Shown in pieces: positions 48,511 to 57,329 of a stretch of 64,000 nt of DNA. Each line of letters begins with the position of its first letter. The first letter of the stretch is position 1. The translations under genes were made by a program, and so were the position numbers. Origin of the DNA: a virus; IMG/VR virus record IMGVR_UViG_3300044970_001685, one strand, 5' to 3'. The notes under the pieces are model-generated. The model ran no database searches, had not been told where the DNA came from, and worked only from the letters and a program-made list of their open reading frames with translations.

Positions 48511-48757
48511 AGAACTAGAACAGGCAATAGAAAATAAGTTTTTAACACCTTCTAAATTTGCTCTTGAAATTGAGAACATTGTTGCATTAGAAGGTTTTAA
48601 TTATATTGATGCAATCTGCCACTATTGTGAAATCAATTCACTTGAGGTAGAATCGGTTACGAAACTTATTTCAAAACCACTAAAAGAAAAGTTAAAGTGG
48701 GACGCAACTCGTCTTAACTTTATGAAGAGAACTTCGAGAGCAAAATTGCCTTTATGA
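48497..48757 (+). CDS. gp33: Late-transcription coactivator gp33
   Basis: F...IE......YIDAI..YC...E......IS..LKEK; synteny. Confidence 0.88.
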   Translation: MEPNKELEQAIENKFLTPSKFALEIENIVALEGFNYIDAICHYCEINSLEVESVTKLISKPLKEKLKWDATRLNFMKRTSRAKLPL

Positions 48758-49350
48758 TTGTGACTCCATTTGAAACTTATCAACATTATTTGTCACTCAA
48801 AAATCATTTCACAAATCCAAAATACGACTTCTTTAAATATGGCGCGAAAACTCGCGCCAGTATTACATCCTTTAACAAAAGGCGTGATAAATACTGGTTC
48901 GAAAAGACTTCACGCAAGTATTCTGATAAAGAAGTCGTAGATTTTTTAGTATCAAACTTTGTAGCATCAGATTCCCCTAGTAACTTATGGATTGGAGAAA
49001 TTATCAATTCTGGCGAAAGAACTTACGCAGAATGGATGCGGAGACAACAGAGTTTGACTTACTTGTTCAAAGAACAAAGCAACGAATTGTTCTCGGAGAA
49101 CGAATTACAGGATGTTTTCAACTGTTCCAAAGGACATCCGAAAGTTCTCAAAAAGTTTCTAAGCGGGCAATTGTCGCTAGAAACTTTCACAATATACGAA
49201 AAAATATTTGGTTTCTCAAAAACTTTTGATAAGAAACTTGATGATCCTGTGTGGGAAACCGTAAGTTTGAAATTAAAAAAATATATGCCATTCCTAAATA
49301 TTGATGTGTTCTCTTTTAAAAAGATTTTACGGGAAATCATAGATGAGTAA
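48754..49350 (+). CDS. gp59: Helicase loader gp59
   Basis: Y..YL.LKNHF...YD.FKY.; synteny gp33-gp59-gp32. Confidence 0.9.
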   Translation: MIVTPFETYQHYLSLKNHFTNPKYDFFKYGAKTRASITSFNKRRDKYWFEKTSRKYSDKEVVDFLVSNFVASDSPSNLWIGEIINSGERTYAEWMRRQQSLTYLFKEQSNELFSENELQDVFNCSKGHPKVLKKFLSGQLSLETFTIYEKIFGFSKTFDKKLDDPVWETVSLKLKKYMPFLNIDVFSFKKILREIIDE

Positions 49351-49675
49351 CTTTTTTGACTCCGATATTATTCAAGAAGAACTGAAAGAAATCAACAAGT
49401 TGCAAGAGGAGATTTACGGAAGTATTCTCACTTTTGGTATGATGGACCGTGAAACAAAACTGGAACATATTGAAAAACTGGAGCTCTTGCTAGAAAAGCA
49501 GAGAGTGATGTATACTAGGTTATCCCTTTCAGACGACCCAACAGCGGTCGAAATGAAAGAGAATCTACGCAAATCAGTTGCCCTGATGGGTTTTCCACCA
49601 GAAACTGATCTGCAAGTTTTATTCAGTAGTATGAACAAAACAATCGAATCCCTCAAGCAATATATTGACCGCTGA
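49343..49675 (+). CDS. Conserved cyanophage protein (DUF1825-like)
   Basis: FFDS.IIQ.E...KQ..MY.RLSLSDDP.A. Confidence 0.75.
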   Translation: MSNFFDSDIIQEELKEINKLQEEIYGSILTFGMMDRETKLEHIEKLELLLEKQRVMYTRLSLSDDPTAVEMKENLRKSVALMGFPPETDLQVLFSSMNKTIESLKQYIDR

Positions 49676-49736
49676 GGAAATCCCTGTTATACTATCCGAG
49701 TAATCCCCCGAATCCAATTAATCCGAGGTAATCCAA

Positions 49737-50672
49737 ATGTCGTTTTCCGACCTTAAAAAGCAATCTAAACTTGGCAATCTTACTGCCAAACTGGTTAAAG
49801 AAGTTGAAAAAATGAATAATGCAGGTGGCGGTTCTTCTGATGACCGTCTCTGGAAACTGGAATGTGATAAGAGTGGCAATGGTTATGCCGTTATCCGTTT
49901 CCTGCCTGCTCCGAATGGTGAGGACCTGCCATTCGTGAAACTTTACAGTCACGCATTCCAAGGTCCTGGTGGTTGGTATATTGAGAACTCTCTAACTACT
50001 CTGGGTCAGAAGGATCCAGTTTCGGAACTGAACTCCGAACTGTGGAACAACGGAACCGATGCTGGTAAGGAACTGGCACGTAAGCAGAAGCGTAAACTGA
50101 CTTACATTTCTAACATCTACGTTGTGAAAGATCCTGCTAATCCCTCCAACGAAGGTAAAGTCTTCTTGTTTAAGTATGGTAAGAAGATCTTTGACAAACT
50201 CACCGCTGCAATGCAACCTGAGTTTGAAGATGAGGAAGCAATTGATCCGTTTGATTTTTGGCAGGGTGCTAATTTCAAACTGAAAGCAAAGAACGTTGCT
50301 GGTTATCGTAACTATGATTCCAGTGAGTTTGCCGCTGCTTCTACTCTACTAGACGATGATGATGCAATGGAAGCAATCTGGAAGAAGCAATATTCTCTTG
50401 CTGAACTTGTTGCTGCTGATCAGTTCAAGACTTATGATGAACTGAAAAAGCGTCTAGACTATGTTGTTGGTAACAAGGGCACTCCTCGTTATCAGGATCC
50501 TGAAGATCTTGATGAAGAAGATAACACTCGCGGTTCTGTCAAGGATCTTGATGACGATCTTCGCAGTGAACTCAACAACCTTCAACCCACCCGCCGAGTT
50601 TCTACTCCTGTGGTTGAGGAAGATGAGGACGATGATGCACTCAGTTACTTCGCCCGCTTGGCAGAAGACTGA
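49737..50672 (+). CDS. gp32: Single-stranded DNA-binding protein gp32
   Basis: D.R.WK...GNG.AVIRFLP; WYIENSLTT; NYD.S.F; acidic tail. Confidence 0.97.
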   Translation: MSFSDLKKQSKLGNLTAKLVKEVEKMNNAGGGSSDDRLWKLECDKSGNGYAVIRFLPAPNGEDLPFVKLYSHAFQGPGGWYIENSLTTLGQKDPVSELNSELWNNGTDAGKELARKQKRKLTYISNIYVVKDPANPSNEGKVFLFKYGKKIFDKLTAAMQPEFEDEEAIDPFDFWQGANFKLKAKNVAGYRNYDSSEFAAASTLLDDDDAMEAIWKKQYSLAELVAADQFKTYDELKKRLDYVVGNKGTPRYQDPEDLDEEDNTRGSVKDLDDDLRSELNNLQPTRRVSTPVVEEDEDDDALSYFARLAED

Positions 50673-50714
50673 TCAGGTGCTATAATGAGGGGAGTGGACC
50701 TCCCCTCTTTTTTT
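50658..50714 (+). promoter_or_regulatory. gp32 terminator overlapped by a sigma70 promoter for the mom-like gene
   Basis: TTGGCA-17-TATAAT; GAGGGGAG-tggac-CTCCCCTC followed by a T tract. Confidence 0.7.
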
Positions 50715-51332
50715 ATGAAATCTGATTACTATATTGATAGGATTTCTAAGAAGGATGCGAAAGAACTTCTACTGACCTATCATTATCTAAAAGATTTTTC
50801 AAAAGGTTACAAATCAGGATATAACTATGGTTTGTTCCGAAAGAATGACTTTTCTCCCTTGAATATTGGAGGACCAGTCGGCGTTTGTATTTTTACTGGA
50901 CTTCCAGTTCCAGAAGTAGCACAAGGAGCATTTGGACTAGCAAGAAATGAACAAGAAGGACTCTTTGAACTTTCACGACTTTGCATACACCCTGACACCC
51001 AACAGGGAGAGTATAATATCACTTCTTGGTTCGTTTCAAGAGCGATTAAACAGTTACGAAAGGATACAGAAGTTAAAGCAATCATCTCTTACGCTGATAA
51101 CGATTTTCATACTGGCACAATCTATCGCGCTTGTAACTTTAAGTATTGTGGTCTTACAGATGCAAAAAAAGATTTCTATTATGCAGACGGCACCAAACAT
51201 TCAAGAGGTAAAATGAAAGGTGCTGCAGGAGAGTGGAGAGAACGCTCCCGCAAGCACCGATATGTGATGATGTTTGATAAGAATCTAAAACTCTTATGGA
51301 CCGATGAGACGAGTGTTCTCAGTGCGGATTAG
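50715..51332 (+). CDS. Mom-like (GNAT-fold) DNA adenine modification protein
   Basis: HYL; ELSRL; SWFVSRAIK.L; ISYAD...H.GTIY.A.NF.Y.G. Confidence 0.8.
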   Translation: MKSDYYIDRISKKDAKELLLTYHYLKDFSKGYKSGYNYGLFRKNDFSPLNIGGPVGVCIFTGLPVPEVAQGAFGLARNEQEGLFELSRLCIHPDTQQGEYNITSWFVSRAIKQLRKDTEVKAIISYADNDFHTGTIYRACNFKYCGLTDAKKDFYYADGTKHSRGKMKGAAGEWRERSRKHRYVMMFDKNLKLLWTDETSVLSAD

Positions 51333-51995
51333 TTTCTTGTCAACATACTGAGAACTTCTATCATAATGCATAATCACTCTCATATCATTTAAGAATTGTT
51401 GTAAATATCCAGATTTTAAAATATAAATTTCTCTTTTATCTTCATTCAAATTTATTTCATATTCATAATTTGTGACTCCTATAACTGGATTTATTTCTCC
51501 AGTAGAGTCTGGTGTAAAAACTTGATTATCATAAGCACCAACACCAATATAAGTTGATCCAGAAGAAACGGTTATTTTAAAATTAGAGTCAACTTTTTGT
51601 CCTTTTGGTAGAATGAGTCTACCTTTTTGATCTTTAACTTCTATTGTTTCATAATGATGAATCGCATTTAAATTTTGAGTAGTATATTTGTTTTCTGCAT
51701 AAACATATAGATCACGATTTGATAGTGGCCACTGATCTCTAACGTTTATAATTCCAGCAGTTAACAGAACAACCCAATCATAATCTGCTTGACCATAAAC
51801 TAATTGAGCAACAGTATCTGGTCTACCACCTTCTTGAATTTGAAATTTATTAAACAGAGTTGCTTTATCTTGTAACCAGTCTAAAAGTTTAACTCTACGA
51901 AATAAATTTTTAACCCTTACATAATCTTGTGAAGAGTTTTTATGAGGGAGTGGAGACTGATATTCTAAATCTGGTAGTTCTCTGAAATATGGCAT
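51294..51995 (-). CDS. gp53: Baseplate wedge protein gp53
   Basis: YF..LP; RPD.VA..VYG....WVVL....I......WP; NE.KR.I..L. Confidence 0.9.
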   Translation of the reverse strand: MPYFRELPDLEYQSPLPHKNSSQDYVRVKNLFRRVKLLDWLQDKATLFNKFQIQEGGRPDTVAQLVYGQADYDWVVLLTAGIINVRDQWPLSNRDLYVYAENKYTTQNLNAIHHYETIEVKDQKGRLILPKGQKVDSNFKITVSSGSTYIGVGAYDNQVFTPDSTGEINPVIGVTNYEYEINLNEDKREIYILKSGYLQQFLNDMRVIMHYDRSSQYVDKKLIRTENTRLIGP

Positions 51996-51996
51996 T

Positions 51997-52998
51997 TTAG
52001 TAACCTACTCCATCCATTGCTTCTGGTTGATCATAATCTTCACTGTAAACAGGATTAATTTCTTTAAACGTTAAAGACATTTGCAAATGAACTGGTGCTC
52101 CATCTTCATATGTTGCATAAGTTCCTGATGCTGTATAATTTACAGAAATGTCAGTTAATGCACAAGGTTTGAATGTATTTAAAAAACTATGTTTTGCAGG
52201 TCCTGTTTTATAAGTCAGTTGATAAACGCTTGGAGCACTAATAAAAAGACCAGCATTTGTATTACTGCCCGTTCCTGCACCACCATTTCTGGCAGACATT
52301 GTTTGCTTTAAAACTTTAATTATACCTTTGATTTCTTCTGCTTCCTGTCTAGATCTAGGAGCAAGGTCAAATATAAATGGGAAAGATCTTAAATTAACAC
52401 CTTGAAAAAGCAATTCTAAGTTTGAATTTAAAACTTGGCCAGTTGCTCTTGATATTAAAGATTCTGGACTAACGTTAGTGCCAAGCACATTAACTGCTCT
52501 GGCAGTAACATATGCGCTTAAAGCATTTTTTTGATCGGTAGTAATATTTGGTAAATTTTTTAAATTGTTAACTGCTTTGGTAAAAGCGGCTGATGGTCCT
52601 TCCTTAATACCAGATTCACCCAATGCTATTAATGCACCTTCAATAGGATTAATAGTATCATCTCCCCAAGTTACTGAGTTTGTATCACTAATATTCTGTG
52701 GTATTGGTAAAATAATATAATGAGTTGGACTAACTTTATTTGCTTTTTGTCGTTGCTGCATTGTTTTTGTTTGAACTGGCGGACCAAGTTCAAAACTACC
52801 ACCAATATAATCAAATATTTTAATCTCTAAGTAATCAGAAGTATTATCTAATCTTTTTAGTGGATATCTAAAAGTTGTTTTACCACCACTTTTGTTTTGT
52901 GATGTGGTTGCACCTGCATAAGCATTTGCATATGCATTTTGAGTGGATGCGATAGTAGATGCTTCACTCCCTATTGGAGCCCCGACATTGAGTGGCAT
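51997..52998 (-). CDS. gp48: Baseplate tail-tube cap gp48
   Basis: LP.P..I.D...V.W; N.N.ELLFQG...R.F.F.F...P; L.F.E. Confidence 0.85.
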   Translation of the reverse strand: MPLNVGAPIGSEASTIASTQNAYANAYAGATTSQNKSGGKTTFRYPLKRLDNTSDYLEIKIFDYIGGSFELGPPVQTKTMQQRQKANKVSPTHYIILPIPQNISDTNSVTWGDDTINPIEGALIALGESGIKEGPSAAFTKAVNNLKNLPNITTDQKNALSAYVTARAVNVLGTNVSPESLISRATGQVLNSNLELLFQGVNLRSFPFIFDLAPRSRQEAEEIKGIIKVLKQTMSARNGGAGTGSNTNAGLFISAPSVYQLTYKTGPAKHSFLNTFKPCALTDISVNYTASGTYATYEDGAPVHLQMSLTFKEINPVYSEDYDQPEAMDGVGY

Positions 52999-53011
52999 TT
53001 ATAATACTTTT

Positions 53012-53452
53012 TTAGTTATTTATTCGGAAATTTGCAAAAGGTATTGCTTGTAAGTCTTTTATTTCTGATGGGTAAACTTCATACAAAGACCCTACCACTT
53101 CATTCCAAGTGTATTGGCGTACTTCTCCCCAATGCATATTCAACCCTTTGAATCCCCATTGAAAGACATCCGTTACTGCAACTAATGGATTTTGATCGTA
53201 TCTTAGTTGTGGTGTTTTCGCGTTATAAACAAAAATATAAAATTTACCTGCCTGAGGAACTTTTCCACTTTCCGAAACTACTTCCAGAAGTTCCAACATT
53301 AAATCATCACCGCTTTCTTTTCCTGTGATTCCATTAAGAACAGAACGAACTCGGTTTTGATTGCTATCAGTGTCTGTTGGTTGTTTCTTTGCTTTTTGTT
53401 CGGCAAGTTTTCTTTTTTGGGATTGGAGAAGAGTCTCTCTCTTTTCTGCCAT
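53012..53452 (-). CDS. gp2: DNA end protector gp2-like
   Basis: G..Y.F.Y.AKT....YD..PLV....GF.GLN.HW; synteny. Confidence 0.7.
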   Translation of the reverse strand: MAEKRETLLQSQKRKLAEQKAKKQPTDTDSNQNRVRSVLNGITGKESGDDLMLELLEVVSESGKVPQAGKFYIFVYNAKTPQLRYDQNPLVAVTDVFQWGFKGLNMHWGEVRQYTWNEVVGSLYEVYPSEIKDLQAIPFANFRINN

Positions 53453-53889
53453 TACTTGATACCTAGTTCGTTTTCTGTTAGAACTTTAAATTCATAACCA
53501 CGATCTGCACACCATTCTCTTGCTGCTTCCCATTTTGCTTGATTTTTAGCATATTCATATGCTTCACTGATATATCCTTTTGTTTGCCTTTTTTGTTTTG
53601 GTGGAGGAACAGTTTGTCTTTTTGGTTTGATCTCAATCACATATTTTTTAATTGAACCATTTTCTTCTTTTACCTTAATAATGAAGTCGGGAAAATATCT
53701 ATGAACTTTTCCATCTATTGGTGATCTATATGGAATACATTTCTCTTCTGATGCCCATTCTAATACTTTTTCATTTAAATCACAATAAACACAAAACTTT
53801 CTTTCCCATAAAGAACGATATATGATGTTTGTTGGATCTCCTTTGTATTTTTGTGGATAAGATGGTTTATATTTTCCCTTGTATGACAT
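53452..53889 (-). CDS. gp4: Head completion nuclease gp4
   Basis: KY.GD...I.YRS.WE; HRY.PDF; EIKP; N.AKW.AA. Confidence 0.92.
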   Translation of the reverse strand: MSYKGKYKPSYPQKYKGDPTNIIYRSLWERKFCVYCDLNEKVLEWASEEKCIPYRSPIDGKVHRYFPDFIIKVKEENGSIKKYVIEIKPKRQTVPPPKQKRQTKGYISEAYEYAKNQAKWEAAREWCADRGYEFKVLTENELGIK

Positions 53890-53924
53890 CTAAATAACTA
53901 AAATACTCATAATAGGTATTTAGA

Positions 53925-54803
53925 GTGCCTGCACCAAGACCAAGGAAAATATCAGAGTTTAAACCACTTTTTACCAATCTTGCACAAACCTCACATTATC
54001 AGGTAATTTTTGGTGGATTATCTGGTTCATTAAGATCTTATCTTAGACTAAGAGGAGTTGATTCTCGTTTTATTGGAGAATCCGTTGGATTGCTTTGCAA
54101 TTCTGCTTCTTTGCCAGGAAGTTCTTTTGCAACAGCAGATATTGTTGGTAATTATACTGGAGTTGCCGAAAAAATGGCACATACCAGAACATTTACCCAA
54201 ATTGATTTAGAATTTTATGTTGACAGATCTTATAGAACTATAAAATTTTTAGAGCACTGGATGGAATTTGTGAGTAGTGGATCAAGAGAACAACCATATC
54301 AAGATGGATATTATTTTAGAATGAGATATCCTGATGAATATAAATGTAATGCAACAAGAATTGTAAAATTTGACAGAGATTATAAAAATTATATTGAATA
54401 TACTTTCTATGGATTATTTCCATTAACTTTAAATTCTACTGCTATATCTTATGAATCGTCTGGAATTTTAAAGGCAAGTGCTTCTTTCAGTTATGAAAGA
54501 TATGTTTGTGGGAGAACTTATAGCATTGATATTGCTAGAAATGCAGATAATAACTTAGTACCAGAGTTGGCAACTAATTTCTTAAATGAAACAAATTTAA
54601 ATAAACCAGTTTATGTTCCAGTATCTCCTGGTGCAGCGTCTGCAAGTGGAGTTAGATTTAGACCAGTCAATGTTTCAACTGGTGAAGCAATAGTTACTGG
54701 TCAACTTTATAATACTCTTTCGGGAGGAATTTCAAACGGATATTTCAGTTCCAGTAAATCAAGTTCGACTAATTCGGTAATTGGAACTAGAAGAGTGATC
54801 TAA
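53925..54803 (+). CDS. Baseplate tail-tube initiator (gp54/gp19-like)
   Basis: LLC..ASLPG; L.FYVD; E.W; YP.EY; FP. Confidence 0.75.
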   Translation: MPAPRPRKISEFKPLFTNLAQTSHYQVIFGGLSGSLRSYLRLRGVDSRFIGESVGLLCNSASLPGSSFATADIVGNYTGVAEKMAHTRTFTQIDLEFYVDRSYRTIKFLEHWMEFVSSGSREQPYQDGYYFRMRYPDEYKCNATRIVKFDRDYKNYIEYTFYGLFPLTLNSTAISYESSGILKASASFSYERYVCGRTYSIDIARNADNNLVPELATNFLNETNLNKPVYVPVSPGAASASGVRFRPVNVSTGEAIVTGQLYNTLSGGISNGYFSSSKSSSTNSVIGTRRVI

Positions 54804-54832
54804 ATATTTTTATCTGAATTGTAAGGATTATT

Positions 54833-55552
54833 ATGCCTTTACCCAAAATTTCCACACCAACTTATGAGTTGGAAATTCCTTCGTCAAAAAAGACGATTAA
54901 ATATAGACCTTTTCTTGTTAAAGAAGAAAAGGTTTTAATTATTGCAATGGAAAGTGAAGATAGTAAGCAGATTGCAAACGCAGTTAAAGAAGTTATTTCT
55001 GCTTGCATTTTAACAAGAGGTGTAAAAGTAGAAGAACTTTCTACTTTTGATATTGAATATCTTTTTCTAAACATTCGTGGTAAATCTGTTGGTGAAGATG
55101 TAGAAGTTTTAATTACTTGTCCAGATGATAATATTACTCAGGTTCCCACATTAATCAATCTTGATGAGATTAAAGTTCAAGTTTCTGATGATCATTCAAG
55201 AGATATTAAACTAGACGATAATCTAATCCTAAGAATGAAATATCCTTCAATGGATGAGTTTATTAAGAGTAATTTCACTGCTGGAACTGAAATTGGTGTA
55301 ACAGAAACTTTTGATCTTATTGCTTCTTGTATTGAACAGGTTTATTCTGAAGAAGAATCTTGGTCTGCAAAAGATTGTACTAAAAAAGAACTTTTAGAAT
55401 TTATTGAACAATTGAGTTCAAAACAATTTAAAGAAATTGAAACTTTCTTTGACACGATGCCAAAACTTTCTCATACTATTAAAGTTAAAAATCCAAAAAC
55501 CGATGTTGAAAGTGAAGTTGTATTGGAGGGACTTACTTCTTTTTTCGGGTAA
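54833..55552 (+). CDS. gp26: Baseplate hub assembly protein gp26
   Basis: MPLP....P.YEL; YRPFLVKEEK.L; FD.EY.FL.IR.KSVGE; LEGL.SFF. Confidence 0.92.
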   Translation: MPLPKISTPTYELEIPSSKKTIKYRPFLVKEEKVLIIAMESEDSKQIANAVKEVISACILTRGVKVEELSTFDIEYLFLNIRGKSVGEDVEVLITCPDDNITQVPTLINLDEIKVQVSDDHSRDIKLDDNLILRMKYPSMDEFIKSNFTAGTEIGVTETFDLIASCIEQVYSEEESWSAKDCTKKELLEFIEQLSSKQFKEIETFFDTMPKLSHTIKVKNPKTDVESEVVLEGLTSFFG

Positions 55553-55554
55553 GT

Positions 55555-55728
55555 ATGGCTCACGAAGATCTTGAGTCATACTACAAGGTTAATTTTGCCT
55601 TAATGCAACATCATAAATATAGCTTGACAGAGTTAGAAAATATGATACCTTGGGAGAGAGAAATTTATCTTTCTCTTCTCAAACAGTATATTGAAGAGGA
55701 AAATCTAAAACAAGGAATAAATGGCTGA
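55555..55728 (+). CDS. gp51: Baseplate hub assembly catalyst gp51 (missed by ORF track)
   Basis: YYKVNFALMQHHKYSLTELENMIPWEREIY. Confidence 0.9.
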   Translation: MAHEDLESYYKVNFALMQHHKYSLTELENMIPWEREIYLSLLKQYIEEENLKQGING

Positions 55729-57328
55729 GATAAAATCGCCACTATCGGGAGGATTAAGAGTTGCTAGAAAAACGGTGTCTGCGGATGCTTTCAGAGCAGC
55801 AGCAGCGCCACCTCCTGCTCAGCCAGATCCAGTTACAACATCATTAATACAAAGAAACTCATTAGCACTAAACACGGTTTCTGAACAGTTATCTGCATTA
55901 ACGCAACAAGTTAACTCATTAAACGTTGCGATGCAGAATGTTTATGGGAATGTTATCCAAAGTGCTGCATTAGAAAGAAGACAAACTGCTCAGGAACAAG
56001 ATCAAGAAAGAAGACTTGCTGAGCAACAATTAAGAGAAGGAAAAGAGAGTATTATTGAAAGAAAGATACAAAATGCTCTTGTATATCCTGTACAAAAAGT
56101 TGCAGCGAAAGCATCATTTACTCTTTCTCGTTTGATGCAATTTTTTACCACTCTTCTGGGTGGTTGGTTATTGCAGCAAGGTATAGAGACTATCAAGGCT
56201 CTTGGTGACGGAAATAGGCAAAAGTTAGAAGAAATTAAAAATAGTGTCATTAAAAATCTTGGCATTATTGGTGGAGTATATGCTGGAATTAGGTTTGGAT
56301 TAACTTCTGTATTCAATATACTAACAAGAGTTGCTGCTAGGGTTACAACTGCTGTTGCAGTTGGATTATTTTTAAGACCAGTTCAAGCACTTCTTGATGG
56401 TGTTAAAGGTGCAGCAAATAGAATTATACCTAAAATAAAAAATATTCTTCCTGGATTTTCAAGATCTGGTGGTGGGGGGAATCCACCTCCTGCTGGTGGA
56501 AATCCACCTCCTGCTGGACCAGCAAGAACAGTAGCAGAAGCAGAACAAAGAGTTTCGGGGCAAGGAATAAACAGATTTGGATTGACTTCTATACTTACTG
56601 GTGCCGCATTAGGGACTGGTTTAGACATTGCTGGAGGAGAAGATCCTGCAAGAGCAGCAGCAGGTAATCTTGGTGGTGCCACTATGGCAGCAGGTGCAGC
56701 AAATCTATTCTCAAGATTTGCACCAGGTCCTCTTAAACTTCCCGCTGCTCTCGCTGCTGGATTTTTTAGTTATGGTCCAGCAACAGATTTGTTCAAAGGA
56801 TTTTATGATAAGTCAACTGAAATGTTTAGTGGTGGAGCATTTGGTGGTCCAGGTGTAGATAAAAACTTACTATCACAAACATCACAAAACAAAATTACAA
56901 ATATTGCTTTTGGATCTAATAATTTAATGGGTGATGGAAAACAAACTTCCGATGTTGCATCACAATCTGAAAATCAAGATTTTAGCAAACCAGCACAATA
57001 TGGAGAAATTAATGTTGCTCAGTTGATGGGTGTAGAAGGAATTAACTTACAAGATGCATTTAGTTCTTCTACATTAAAGACTCCCATTGCTGATATAACT
57101 CCAATAAAACAGGAAGCAACAATGAAGGCAGAAAGTGTTGGTCCTTTACCAGAACCAGCACCGACAATTATTCCATTACCAATGGGCGGAACACAAGTTG
57201 CCGCAAAACAAGGAGCATCTGGTCAAAATACTGGACCAGCAAACAATGTTCCAAGTATTGATCCAGAAAATCATAATAATTTTTATGTTGTTTATGCTCA
57301 CTCAGTGTACAATGTACCGATGACATAA
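55721..57328 (+). CDS. Tape-measure/hub (gp29-like) protein
   Basis: Coiled coil plus Gly/Ala-rich hydrophobic helices; follows gp26/gp51. Confidence 0.55.
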   Translation: MAEIKSPLSGGLRVARKTVSADAFRAAAAPPPAQPDPVTTSLIQRNSLALNTVSEQLSALTQQVNSLNVAMQNVYGNVIQSAALERRQTAQEQDQERRLAEQQLREGKESIIERKIQNALVYPVQKVAAKASFTLSRLMQFFTTLLGGWLLQQGIETIKALGDGNRQKLEEIKNSVIKNLGIIGGVYAGIRFGLTSVFNILTRVAARVTTAVAVGLFLRPVQALLDGVKGAANRIIPKIKNILPGFSRSGGGGNPPPAGGNPPPAGPARTVAEAEQRVSGQGINRFGLTSILTGAALGTGLDIAGGEDPARAAAGNLGGATMAAGAANLFSRFAPGPLKLPAALAAGFFSYGPATDLFKGFYDKSTEMFSGGAFGGPGVDKNLLSQTSQNKITNIAFGSNNLMGDGKQTSDVASQSENQDFSKPAQYGEINVAQLMGVEGINLQDAFSSSTLKTPIADITPIKQEATMKAESVGPLPEPAPTIIPLPMGGTQVAAKQGASGQNTGPANNVPSIDPENHNNFYVVYAHSVYNVPMT

Positions 57329-57329
57329 T

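Noticed and set aside
56476-56520. 21-bp tandem repeat (GGNPPPA twice)
   Set aside because: Simple low-complexity linker duplication
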